Assembly (NCBI GenBank): GCA_002633005.1
Contig: NMRA01000242.1
Coordinates: forward strand, 470,868 to 534,867
Direction of reading: 5' to 3'
From: Phoronis australis
Lineage: Eukaryota; Animalia; Phoronida
DNA length: 64,000 nucleotides
This document shows positions 35,580-49,500 of the stretch, one piece after another. The first letter of the stretch is position 1. Every line of letters starts with the position of its first letter. The notes under the pieces were generated by a model, which was not told where the DNA came from, ran no database searches, and was given only the letters and a program-made list of their open reading frames with translations. The position numbers and the translations under genes are program-made.

Positions 35580-36360
35580 TGCCACATTCACCACAAAAAG
35601 GAGTGTCCTCGTGCTGCGTCGCAGAGGAAACGGCGCTACCACCTCAAGCGGCTTTTTACAGCAGTTTGAAAGGGGAGGCGATAAGCGACGACGATTACGC
35701 CCTCTGTCTGTAGGCATGGAAAGACAACAATATGAAGAGTCTGACAGATTTTTTGGTGTGGTACAATAAAAAAGACATCGGACCCATGCTGGAAGCCGTC
35801 GATACCATGGCGGCATTCTACAGGGAAAAGGGCGTTGACCTCTTCAAGGATGGCATAAGCGTGTCCGGACTGACCATGAAGATTCTCTTCAAAAATGTCG
35901 GTAACGTATTCTTTACGCTCTTTGAGGAAAAACACAGACTTGTATTATACCTTCAAACAGAATATCGTAGGAGGTCCTAGTATTGTTTTCCACAGATACC
36001 ACGAAAAGAGAAAGACGTTTATACGCCAAAGGGAGATGAAGAAAGTGGGAAATACCAAAGACGGTGTCAAAGATCCTGGGTTTCGATGTAAATGCTCTTT
36101 ACCTCCGCAGCATCATGAACGAGCAATCGACCGGACCATTTATTCGTCGAAGGCAAGAAAACAATTTCCGAAGACAATTTTCCCACCCTAAGGCGCGAAA
36201 GGCAACGGCTTGGTTGGATTACGTAGAGTGGCAACGAGGAATCAGCATTCGTCACCAGTTCAACGGGGTTGAAAAAAGGGTGGGTCAGCGTCGTATTCCA
36301 GTGGACGGTTTCTGTCGTCAGTCGCATAAAGTGTTTCAATTCCAAGGATTACGATTGTAG
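35580..36360 (+). mobile_element. Polinton/Maverick (adintovirus-like) protein-primed DNA polymerase B fragment, frameshifted
   Basis: LPPQAAFYSSL...YNKKDI (exo III), NIVGGPSIVFHRYHE, GFDVNALY (motif A), and IRHQFNG.EKRVG..IPVDGF...QFQG (inserted nuclease-like segment). Confidence 0.85.
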
Positions 36361-38409
36361 GGCACCGGTGATCCACACGATGCAATATTTGTTGATTTCA
36401 AAAATACCGTAGCCCGTCTCACACTTTCGTTCTCATTTCACGTAAGGCGCTCGAGCTAGAGACGCTTTGTTAAGTCTTCCTAATTAGTTAATCAAATACG
36501 TTAGTGAAATTTAGCTGTCGTCGTTAAAAACACTTAGCGCGTCTCGAACAAATATCAGAAACCAAGAAGAGAGTTCAGTGACCCAATTTGGAAATGCAGA
36601 CCTTGAAATCGACTTTTGTCAAAATCTTTTTTCTGCAGATTTTGAAACCAAGTCTGAATTGGCAGGATTTTGGTAAGACTTTGTGTTCGCTGTGGCTCTG
36701 TTCTTATTCTGTTTTGTCTGTCAGTATCTTCCAAGTAAGTTACAACAGTAGACTACTGAGACAGTGCTATAACAAAACAACGTCGCAAGCAAGTAGGTCG
36801 ATTTTTACCTAGCGCAATCACTGGGTTAAAAATTGAGTCTATAAAAAGCATATGCATTTAGCTCAGGGGCCCGTTCCAAGAACCTTAAATTAATTTTTGA
36901 ATAAGTTTTAGATTCATCTATGCTGGGGTCATCACGTGCAGATTAGGATTAGACTTGGATTCATATAACCCATAATGCACATAGCAAAAAATAATAGATT
37001 CCTAAATTGAGGTTGTAGAAAAGTAAAATGAAATATAATTAAAAAATATTTCCGAGTTCGATTTCGAGTGTAAAAGGTAACACACCGGGTCCAGGATGTG
37101 GAAAACATAACTTTGTAAAACTGAGTGGAGTGTCTATGCATAGATGCGAATTCGTGGTGTAAGACTGTGTGTCTCCCCTAAGTGTCTGCCCAGCATGTAT
37201 TTGAGCTGAGCGTGCAGGCATTCACAAGAAAACAGTCACGTGGGTTGACATTAGATAGCCAGCCAGCTAGCCTTGGTACAAAGCTGTACATAAATATACA
37301 GCTTTGCACCGATGCGGGTAGAAAAGTGGTAAGATAAAATCTGACACAAAATTAGCGTCATTAAAAACTACAGTCTTCCTTGAGTAATTTAAATTATTTA
37401 ACGGTGTTGGCAAAAATGGCGTTCTACCGTCATTCTGCTGCTAAAGTTGTGGAGCGATCTTTAGCGACCACTTTCGGCGCCATGAAATTTTGCGTCACCT
37501 ATTGGCCAGTTTCTTTTTTCGCCGATTCTTCAATCAACTGTTGTTCTTTCACGAGGTTGCGTACACGTCACAACAAAGTATCAGAACTGGTTTCACCTCA
37601 TTAAAAGTTTTTAGAATTTTGGTACCGAATTGAATTTTGATGATTTATTGGAGTAAAATGATGAATTTAAGCGATAAGCTGACACTAGTAAGTGTCTTCT
37701 GAACTGCTTGGCAGACTGTGTTAAAACCTGGACGTCATTGGTTAATTTCAGCACATCTATTTGCCGTCTGTTGCCAGGTAAAAGAACCGAACTTGTTGTT
37801 ATCGAATGAAACTATTCGATCTAAATTGATACAAAATACGTTGTTTTTTGATGGCATTCTCCTTTAACTCTTCCTCCTGTTTTGTTTACAGATCAGATAC
37901 TTGGTTTAACGGAAACACTTGTGCTAGGAAAGAATGGTTCCATCGGATGTTATCTGCGAGGACACCAGGTACGTATATCCGATCACTGAAAGGAAAATAA
38001 GAACCCTTTCACGGAAGTAACGAGACCGATTGTATGAGCATACAAAGTCTAAATCTTTTTTCTTTTATGTTACAATATTTTATGGACAGAAGTGACATTT
38101 GGGTTTTGAATGTTTGCTCTTCAAGTATTCGCTTTGTAGAAAATGGCAAATTTCGGTTAAAGATTTTGGAGTCTTTATTGTCCAGTCACAGATGTGTACT
38201 GCATGCTGGCCTTGTTCCTTTAGGCCTGAAGGCTCCCTACCGTGTGCTAAATTCACACTCCCTGCTGTCACCGTTTCACTTCCACATTCATTTCACCTTT
38301 TGCATGATGATGACACATAAAAAATCGGAAATAGAAACTATTTTAACTCCTGTGTATGTTGTGTCTCTTTGTGTTTTAATTCATAACTGCACGTCTGACA
38401 ATAGGAGAA

Positions 38410-38760
38410 TGTAAAGACACTACGTGCCAGTACACAAGCCGATATTGTAAAGGGAATAAACATGCACAGGAATTTTATTCCATTATTGCTGTTGAAATTA
38501 GTCCAGCAATGAAGGAACTCGTGCTCTTGCCAATACGATTAGTAGATGCCGATGTCAACATTCGAAAGGAGTTGCTAGAAAGCTGTCCTTGTGGTACTGT
38601 GGATATAACGAGCAAAAACGTAGCTGAATGCATTATGGATAGGCTCGGTATCGACATTGCCAACTGCAGAGTAAAAGAATATGATGGCGCGGCTAGTACG
38701 GGACACATACACACGTCAGTCACACAGTGCTTGCCCCTCCCAGGTCAATGTCAAGTGTGC
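38410..38760 (+). mobile_element. hAT-superfamily transposase fragment (ZMYM1/THAP12-like DUF4371 region)
   Basis: FYSIIAVE...IRLVD...IRKELL...LGIDIANCRVKEYDGAA resembles the FSIIADE...CRGQ.YDGA motif. Confidence 0.75.
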
Positions 38761-39173
38761 AGTATATACATGTGACCGTGAATGGATAACTTAGTCAGCA
38801 AAGATAGATTCCCACGATTTCCAAAATTCCTGTAGTTCATTTGGATTTTTTACTTATACCAAGGAGTGTACGAAGAATAGGGCAGTTCATTCCGCCATCT
38901 TGCCATTCGCCGCAATAGTTATCGGTCGAAAAACTAGTGCCCCAAGCGACGAATAAGCAACACTAATTTAGCAGCGCAGTCTGAACCATGTGAGAACTGA
39001 TAAAATCATACTTTAATGACGTTCGACTTGCAATAAATACATAAAACGTAACGAGAGTGGCGTATATTAGGTAATATAACACGAGATATTATTCCGCGTA
39101 TCGACCGAGACCGAAGGGGAATAATACCGAATGAGACATTACTTCATGTACGCCAATCGAGGTACGTTTTGTA

Positions 39174-39776
39174 TTTATCCCGTACGCTTCGAATTCCTAA
39201 GTTTCTTTCATTTTTCGGCAGATTTTTTTAAATACTTCACCCAGATTGTTCACGTGGCGGATCACATCCTATGTGTATGTACTTGTGCGTCAGGTTGCAA
39301 GTTTTCTCTATCAAAAGAAACAGTTTTAAATGTAACAATTTATTACTTGAAGAAATGAAAAGATGAAAACAACGGTAACTGAGCATTGAACTTGTAACAT
39401 CTTCTGAAAATAGTTAAATAAGAACAATATTTAATATTGTAGTTACCGAGGAATCGACGCCTGAGTTGTAGACGATATGATTATTAGCAATAGAAAACTA
39501 AGACAGAATTGTCATACAATTAACAGTCCTGTTGCAGATGTTATGATTGGGACCCGATTGTCTGTTGAGTGTTATTTACAGTGCTGCAATTGTATTAATT
39601 TAAACTATTTTTGAAAATTTTGATGCTCAAACCGGTGACGACATCGAGTAGACATTGACGTACCTTTTGAACTTTCCATGCCAGAGGTCACTGTTGAAGA
39701 GGTGCGGGAGCTGAATATGGAAAACATTATAACATGGCAGTAGTGCACTAGATTGATTCAACGCGTATGGGATAAA
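39174..39776. mobile_element. Small element with 14-bp inverted ends (possibly Crypton-derived)
   Basis: TTTATCCCGTACGC at 39174 versus GCGTATGGGATAAA ending at 39776; GACCGAAGG-type motif just upstream. The family call is tentative. Confidence 0.4.
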
Positions 39777-42700
39777 ATTACTGTGTGATTCAAAATGGGT
39801 AAAATACGTAAACTAAGATCCACTTATAACCGAATGAGAATGAAAATGTTTTTTAATCAATATTAAAGTGTATTTGCTTTCATTCCCTTGAAGGTCCCTT
39901 CAAAATCCATCATGGTTTTGTTTCATATTTGAGTTTTTAATAAGGCAAATTACAATTCCTCACATTTCATACCTCCATGTACTACATAAGTTTAGTGATT
40001 GCTAGTGTGGGTTCGGAGGGAGTTGCCCCCAGGTGCAAGGGAGGAGTGTAAACCAGGAGAGCACCAAATGGGTGTTGAGCCCCTCCCACGACGGTACATG
40101 GGAGGAGTGCTAAACATGTAAAAACCAATCAGGTATGCCACATGAGTGTCGAGTCCCTCTCATTTTAACAAATTTTTGTTGTTTCCCTGACCACTGACAA
40201 CATGTGATGAGGTGGTGATAAGAGTTGGCCCTCGTTTTGAGCATGACACCAAGAACTTTTGCTTAGTGTTCATCATGCCCCAGCACCATCCTGGGTGTTT
40301 TCCAGCTTTTCATTACAAAGTTCTCTCAGCTCACTGCAAGTTTTATGTCCACCCAACAATTTTGAATGTGTTCCCCAGTGAATACGTCAGGATGCTACCA
40401 ATGCGGACAATTGGTTTGTCTGCAGTGGTGTAACACAAGTAAGCAGAAGAAAGCAAGACAATTAATTCATCACTACCACAACACTGTATTCCATTCTAAT
40501 GCTCCCTCACATATAATTGTAATAGACGTACATTGACAACAAGGTATCTGGAGAAGGCAGAGCGTAGCCTACATTGCAGACGAAAAAGGCACCGGAACTG
40601 CGATGCGACGACTTGTCTTCCAACCGTGAACGGAACACACAAAATGAAAGACAATCTATCATAATATAGAAAAACAAACAATCCTTACATTTCTGGGTGA
40701 TTATGAAACGTAAAAAATGGCGGTTTTCGTGGATGAATTAGTGCACTGCAAAATGCCCCCTTCCCCATTGTCCTCGCGCTTCCAACTTGACCGTTGCCCA
40801 TTCACCACTTGGCGGCGCTAGTAGTAGCGAATGAGCTCACAAGTGAACTGTCCTTTTGTACTACAGTCCTTGCTTATACCTCTGCAATAAAATTTATTCT
40901 CAAATGATTAATAGAAATATTTAAAGTTAAGGCGTTGTTATAATTTTTAAAGGGTATATGTAATACTTCGTGTGCAATAAAAACAAAATTGGGTACTTTA
41001 TTTTCTTTTTTAAACGGGGTTCCAATAGTATTGTCTTTTGTTTTCCAAATGCAGTTCATAGTCTACCATTGCTGACAACAGGCTCTCAATATTGCGCCAA
41101 AACAGCGCGTGACACAATGGTCTAGAAACAAATGTTCGATTGTCTCACATTCGTTCTTACAGGAAGTACAAGATAATAATCAACATAATTGATTTTAAAT
41201 AAACAAGCGTTTTTAGGAATGATCCTATGCAGCACTTTGGATTGAAACTGGCATATCTTACATCGTGTACACTTAAAGATATTATTTCCTTTACTTTCAC
41301 GTACTTAGAACACAGAATGATTTTCATTAGTCGAACGATATCGTTGAAATTAACACTTTTCGTAAATCAGAACCATGTATGTACACCCGTTATTTTACCA
41401 TTAACTTTTAAAAATTTATAAAATGTGGGCCGACCTGCAGCGAAACCTCATCATTTATGCAGCGCTGCCGGTGGAGTGATTACCCATACTGCACACGTAT
41501 CAGCTGACGGAAGAAAAACATATCAAACAGCGAGGTGAGTTAGGTGTTTGGCACTTGTTGTCAGTAAAACACAAGGAATCAGAATGCACTAACATCTGCA
41601 AATCAGAGTGCTTACTTCCAATTCGTAAACAACAAGGTTAATTTACTCGGAATCTCAGTTATCTCAACGATTTATGTCACTATCCCGAATCAATCGAAGT
41701 CAAAGGGTACGTGGCAGTGTCCTATGTAAACCTGAGACTGAGTTTTTCAGTTTTAGTCAGTTTTAGTGCCTCATGGCTTCGTCGACCTTTATTGTCACCT
41801 TTTCCTCTTCGAGGAGATTTTATACAACAAGTATAGGCACACGATTCTTGACAATCGACGATACCAGTTGCTTACGAGAAATAAGTTTCCAGCGTGACAT
41901 TGTGATATTCAACATCTTGCCTATAATTATCAAATTTACAATAGAGTACTATGGTAGGGGTAGAAACGCTTCCATGGCTGCATCTCTAAATTACAGCTAC
42001 GATTCTCCAAACTCCAGTCCTAGACTAGCAGATAGGAAACCTAAAATACAAATCCCTATGCCGGGCCACGCCACTTAACTCATCATATGTGTCAAAAATG
42101 CTCCATACACACACAACCAAACCCCTGCATCAAGCAGATTCCTCTCCGTTCACACAGTCAACGCCTCTGGATTAGTTGTACTTCAAGTATAGAAGATTTC
42201 TGTGGGTAATTAAAATTATATGATCCGTTTTAAAAACACCATGAATCTGCACAAAAACCATTGAAACGTCTCTCTGATACTTAATTAGAACTTTTCGTAA
42301 GTATGAGGTCGATCTACTGCCTGTGCATATTTTTTCTTTTATTTATTATTTTCTTAACATCTGCGTGATCAAAACAAACAAATGTTACCCATAATGCTGT
42401 GCGGTGTGACTTTTGGGACACTCCAGACAAATAGACAGCTGTTTCCGGTACTGCTTCGAAGAAGAGAAGTTCGCCTTAGCTAAAATTTTGATGACGACGT
42501 TGCTCCCTGTATTAGCTGAACACTCTAACTATTACGCTTAGAGTTAGATGAAACCATTACCTGGGGGGAAATTTATTTACTTACTGATTGAAATTGATGG
42601 CAATCATTGTGCTCGAGTGTAGCCTAGGTCTATCAATGTTGTGACTGAAACTGAGAGTAATGTTATTGTGGTTTGATAGCCTATTTGTCACTCAATGAAT

Positions 42701-42968
42701 TTCTGTCTGCTGGCATTTTTCAGACATCGAACTTGAATTGCAAAATCATTCGTGGATTTTCATTACCATAATAAAAGCATCGTCTATTAACCAGGGACTC
42801 TATACTCTAGCAGTCATCTAGCTAGTTCACTTGAACAAAAAACAGTGGATGAGCTATAACAGCCAAAGGTTGAATGGAAGCAAACTTGGGTAGTGTTGGT
42901 AGACCGAAGCTGGTTGTGAGAAAAGTGAGATCACACAAAACCATGCGTGGGAGTGGGAGGCAACAAAT

Positions 42969-45900
42969 GGGGCTATTCGGAAAATCTACAATAACTAGAG
43001 GGCGCGCGTGTACTAGTGGTGATTAACAGCCTCGATTTCGTGAGCCCTTTAAATACATGGTGAAATGGCTTGCAGCCGTGCCAACTGAATCTGAGATTGC
43101 ATGAAAAGGGTGCTTCTATGAGAGGAAGTAAGCGCGACCTTATACAAAGGTAAGTTTGTGATTATTTTAACGATTATGCCATGCTTATTCTACCGTTGCC
43201 TGTTAACTGAGGTACTCGCCGATGTCGACTTCGCGGCAGTCGCCAGTCGGGTTAACCTTTGTTTGTTGTATGTGATACGATATTTGACGTAGCAATCGGG
43301 ATCTTTTCGTACATCAAAGCATTATTATTGTTTGGAATGATTTCTAACAGTTTATCAGTGACAGTTACATCAATCAATGCTGAATGTTTATGCTGTCAAC
43401 TCGATACAGGTTAATGAGTTAAGATTACAATCCAAGCCCAATGGCAAAGCGGGGTACATGACAAATATCCATTGCATTAGACTATTTGTTTACTCCCTAT
43501 CATATGTCTTCTGGAAATCTATTACACGTTGAAATGGAAATCTATCACGTCTGTTTTCACGTAACCTTTGGTTTTTAGGTTTGAGGGCTTGTACCGTGCA
43601 GAGGAGATATGCATCGCTTCTGCACCGTCCCTGAATGTGCAAAAATTGGTTTTTAGCATTTGACTGCAGCTAACCAACAAGATCTTCCCATCCAGTGCAG
43701 ATCTTTTGTCAAAGCCTACTTTCAATATTGGTGGCAACGAACAAAGCCTTTGAAAAGGAACAGCTATTTTTAAAGAAACGTATGTAAGTCATTTTCTTCA
43801 TTTACTTATTCAGGTCCTTAGCGGGGGATTGGCATGGGGGGTTGGGGTTGTAATATTTGGTACAATTGAATGTGTGGAAATAAAAGGTAATACATGTTTG
43901 GGGAAAAGAGCATGGTGAGGTAATTCTTAACCTTCATGAAGTCCCTTCAAGTTGATTTCATGAAACTGTTTTGCTACTTGTATCAATTGTAAACCCATGA
44001 AAATATATTACATTTTCTGAATTCTCAGTGACTGAATAGTCTTAACTCATGCCTTGAAATGTTGCACGTCGTTATAAATTCAAATGACTGCCATTTTTGT
44101 GAAAATTGCATTTTTGATGGTGCCTTACGATTTGTAATTACTCTTAAACAACAGAAAGATTAATCATCATTTTTAAATGACCCAAGTCTTCATATCTTCT
44201 ATTAGAAGAAAAATTAAAAGTCTGAGAAACGGTTCCCTCAACCTTAGACTACAAGTATTCTTGACAGACCCATGAACCTGTAATCGGTGTTTAAAATTGC
44301 TGAAAGTATCAAAATTAAAAAGGCTTAAAAATGGGTAACAAATGTTCGAAGTTGTCTCAAAAAGCTTGAATATTTTGGAGACAAGTGATACGTTTAAAGA
44401 ATTGTTATGGCTACGAATAAAAAATAAAGACACAGTTTTATGCAATGCTTATTATATACACCCTTGGTTTCTGAAAATAGTAATTATTTAATTTTATGTG
44501 AAACTGTAGAGCAGTCACCATTATATTTTTGAACAACAGGGATAACGTTTTTGACCCAATCTGGAGTACTTAATTATTAACATTTCAATACTTGTTCCAG
44601 GTTCAGTAACATTTTAAAGCCACTTCAAGCTGTATCATAGACAAGCTTTGTTACTCCGTTCTCTTCCCACAGCACTTCCACACACCAGCAGTGCTGCATG
44701 GCACAATGTACAAGTCAGTGGCCCTGGAGAAATGTGAATCGCAGTACTAAGTTACCATAAGACAATGTGCCAGTGGACTGTCTGTGTATTCAGACGAATT
44801 ACATCTGACTGCTACACAAGTAAGCCTTGTTGGTGAGGATGCCCTTTCATAGGCAATGAGTCATGTGTGGACAATAGCTAATTTCCTTTCCTGGAAGAAA
44901 CATGAGGGACTGAAGCTAAAGACCTAGTGACACTCTGGTCTACTTCAAGGGTCTGATTTTGGGCTCAAAACGATTCAAGTGATATGCTGCTGTGTTTACC
45001 TTCAAGGGTCTAATTGTGGATGTTATTGAGGCCGAATGAGGTTACATGAAAGAAAGCCACGTGTCGAAACTGGACCTTTTTTACAAGCGCTTCCATAGGC
45101 CATTGAAACTAGATCCCAGTGAAATGAAAGCCAAAAGCTGAGTGACATTAAATTTTCCTTTCAGAAGAAAGGCTTTATACTATTGGTAAAAACTTTTCAA
45201 TTTGGTACACATTATGGGGAAATGACATTCAGTGATTGCATCGATTGTCTTATTGTATGTTTTCAATTGTAGCTAACTGGATAAGAATCTGCTATGCACA
45301 AGATTCGAGAATAAACAATTATCAGTGTATTTAAAAACAAATGGCAAACTGAAAAAGCACAGAAAGAAACAACATTGCAACGGAGTCCATAATCAGGCAT
45401 ATCAAGTGCTAATTTCTGAATTATGTTCAATTCTCTCAGGTTATTGCTGAAGGATTGCTTTTCACTTTGTCCAAAGGTAAAATAGATGGTCCGGCGGTTG
45501 GTTTCAGTTGTTTTCGCTCACCTGTAACAGAATAGTCGGAGAAATATTAGCAAATTGTAAAGGAAAAGACAAGACAAAACTACTTTTGTAAGGCAGAACA
45601 TACTTGACGTTTCATGTTCATGTTTATGTGTAGAAACTAATAACCTTTGTACCCAAGTCTTATTTAATATCTGAATTAAGATATGTGGAACAGGCTAAAA
45701 GTGATTTACCAATGTGTATTTTTCATGACACTTAAAATGTGCTTCTGATCTCAACAAGTAAAATTCACTCTAGGTGTCAATTTTTCTTCTAATACAATGT
45801 TACGACATTTACTGAATTAAGGCTTATTCATGTTGATTCGATAACTGATCTGGTAGTCCTGGGGGTGGAGTCCGTGATAAAATAAGGAAACTCACACATC

Positions 45901-46500
45901 AAGAGAATTTTATTGGAAACAGCATAGTTTTGAAGAGAAACTGCTGTGAAAAAGTCACCCTTGACTTCCATGCATCACGTACCATACACCTCTTATTTTG
46001 GGAGCACTCCAACCCAGGACAATATGAATATGTGCTGCTAGCCGCTACCCGGCATCGGATGAGTTTCCTAAAATAAACACTAGTTCCACTCAATAAACTT
46101 GTTATTCAGTGGGGGTAACTGGTGGGGATAACATCACCGAACGATGTCGATAGAAACTTGATTGGTAAAAACTTACCAAGTAATATCTGTAGTCTCCGAA
46201 CAGAACTGCATAGTCATAGAGCAAACACGGGGCTTCAGCATCCACATACTTTTTGTCAATTAGTTGACCCTTTTGACCGCAATTGTACACGAATATAGTA
46301 ACCTTAGGTCTTTTGGGAATTGATGGCCACCTGTCGAAAACTTGCACCAGGGAAATTAGCAGTAATGAGGCTTAGCGCGACGACGTATTTTGATAATTCC
46401 ATCTTTTACCAGTTGTTTACATGCAGACAGCTACACATGCGCAATTCAATCACCACTAGTACAGCAGCGACACCGCGAGGAGAATTCTCCGAATAGCCCC
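42969..46500. mobile_element. Decayed two-ORF DNA transposon, ISL2EU/PIF-Harbinger-like: SAP-domain gene on +, THAP gene on -
   Basis: 13-bp perfect TIR GGGGCTATTCGGA. Plus-strand exon QLNLRLHEKGASMRGSKRDLIQR|gtaagt (SAP) and a TSKPCW motif near 44815. Minus strand HYC*FPWC..HQFPKD...AVKR...W....RVCS (THAP) at 46200-46370. Confidence 0.65.
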
Positions 46501-49500
46501 TTTTGATGTCTGTTATTCAGTGAAAAAATCTGGTTCTCAAACTGCAGAACCGTGGCCATACTATTATTACACGGCAGAGTACTATGAATGGGACCTCTTC
46601 AAAGGCAAGGGGGTATAGCCAAAGACAGATCAGTTGGAGTATTAATACAGGTTGAACAGATTACAGCACAAGTGACTGGGTATTTTGACTTTGTATTATC
46701 TGTGGTGTGGTCATATTAAAATATCTGAAGATGAGACATTGTATACAGCTTGATGTGTCCGTGCTCACTGGGTGGTGGTGGGTACCACCAGCTGTGATGT
46801 ACCTGTGGCAGATGCTGAGAAGTGTCAACTACAGTGAAAAGATTTATAAGAAGCAACCCGTCACCTGCATTTTGCTCATGCCTGACATGAATATTCATTA
46901 AAGGCAGTCTATGGATTATTGGCAGGTTCATAATAAGGTCCGATTCAGGCAAACTAAACAAAAAACAAAATCTCCATTATTTGACAGTTTCGCTAAAAGT
47001 GTTGGTATGAAAATTAAGTAAAACACCAAACCAGCCATGAAAATGGATTGCCAACAGCACATTCTATCAGGTATTCAACTGTTGAAGTTCACTACACAAT
47101 GAAAGATTTTTTCTCTTATATATGGCAATGAAGAAAATGCGATTCTTACTTTTGATTCATGACTTTTGGTTTCTTTGTCATATATGGGTAATTGGCAAGA
47201 GTCTACTATAATAATATGCTGGCCTTCAACGAAGGTACTGACTACAACAAGTGGCGCCTACCCCAACATATTTTGGCAATACAAGAGTTATGTCACAATC
47301 CTTACCGCTTTATCTACATTTCTTGGACTCAAACAGATAACGTTATTTACTCAGGCTCAGAACTTTATGTGTCTAATGCATATATTGGTTTTGCCTACCA
47401 CTTAGTACTCAGATAAAAGTGATTTCTTCATTGTACTAATAAACAAAATTTGTGCTTAATACCATTTCCTAGTTTCATTGTGAATATCGGATGAGGACTT
47501 AATTGTAATGCAACAGAATTATTAAAGCTGCTACGAACCCACGTTTCATCAATAATAAACATTTGATTTACACCATTTTCTGCATCAAACATCCTTGTTG
47601 GTGGTGCAATCAGAATAATGTCTTATTTCAAAGTTTTCATTGGTTTGGGAAGACTGGAAAAAGTGCTATCGTTGATAATAATCTACAAACTCGGTTTTGT
47701 AATCATAGAATGAACATAATACATAAAAACATTTCTAATACTATAGGTAATCATTTCAATTCCAAAAAAAACACAATCTTCAAGATCTTTCTGTACAAAT
47801 AAAAGAAAAACTCCAACACCCCAGTACCCCTCATAGACTCAAAAGAGAACAATATTGGATAGACAAGCTCAGTACACTAGAACCTCATGAATTAAACATA
47901 AAAACTTCTTAAATTATATTATTTAATTATTTCCGCAACAATGTATCATATTCATTACGCCACATCTTAAATGTCAATTGTCATATAGTGTTTGATTTTA
48001 CTTTATTTCTGTTTCTGTTGACAAAGGACGTTATTATATCCGAAAATTTCATTTGATCCATTCTTGTTGTTTTATTTATCTATATATATTCTGCGTTTCG
48101 TGAAACAATAGTATCCTTAAGAGGATATGAATCGCCTTATTTAGTTTTAGATTTATTTTCTACGTTTTTTATTAGTCAATTCCCACCACCACGCGGATCA
48201 ACAAAAGCAGATGATGCTGGACCACGTTACATGGACACTTTAATTACAAAGCAGGTACTGTAACACAGTGATCAAGTATTGCTGGTTTACTTACATAAAA
48301 TTAAAATGTCAGACTTCTATACTGTACGGTAAGCGGATTAAATAAAAAATAGTGTCGTGTCCTGTTATATTGACTACAGTCTATATCCACGTCAAGCTAA
48401 TGTGCAAAAGTAACGTTAAACATAGTTTCAAGTGTTCACTGAAGCACTGATAGCTTCTGTGGAAAGATCAGTTAACATTTGTTGCCATTTCAAGACCATT
48501 GACCTCAAGACAATGGGCTGGGTGGTCCCTGGAAGTCACTGTCAAGTTTGTGCACGCTTTGTTTTTCTGTCAAACATCTGTTAATTATGGAGGCCAGTGG
48601 CTGTGGAGTATTAGTATAAACCTTTCTTAGTCTTTGACTGGATGCTTCATGGATTTCTTAGTGAAGTACCTGTGTAGCATGTATGTGTATAAAATTGTGA
48701 AAAGTTAGAATGTAATTGAGCACTGAAACACTAAGACCAAAGATAGAGTGCAAAGAAAACCACCGTTGGGTACAAGTAATAATGGTGTTGCTAGGTGGGG
48801 AGCAGTCCAGGGGATGACATAAAATTAGTTGAGATAACTATACCTATGCCACTGACAGAATGCTAGTATCAACAAGTGTGAGACATTGCAAGTTGAAAAG
48901 ATGATGCAAGAACTAATGCACATGTTGCCATTTGACTCTTGGTATAAATCTTCATCGCATCATATCTTTTGTAAGTGCCGACGCACTCTGTGTTAGAAGT
49001 TTAACTTTATTAGCCATCTGTTGGCGGTTTATGTGTTTGCTATACAGCTTCTACCGCGTCTATTTTCCACGCGACTAATTTTTCAATAGAATTTTGCATA
49101 TGTAAGACTGTTTGGCAAACCATGGTATATAGCTGTAACGCGCCAATTTGGCGCATTTGTATATAAACGTCCTCACCGATGAGTTTAGTATGTTCCAGTT
49201 TAGTCGTGATTTATGCCGCAAATTGGTGTAAGTGTGTTGAACTTAGTTTTAACTCGTATTCTGTACCTTTAATTAGCGTTGCCTCAAGTAGTTTGAAGTT
49301 TGTTTGAATAAGTATATATGCAAAGTTAAACATTAGTATTGTAACTTTGTAAACGATCATCGCATTTTTCAATTGTCTCATAGAACGTTTTTTGTATGTT
49401 ACAGTTGAAGTGAGCAACTACAAGTAAGAAACGAAATAATTTTTTTCAACGCATCTCATGCTCGCGTTCATCCACGTGGCTCTAAAGATTTTCGCGCCCA

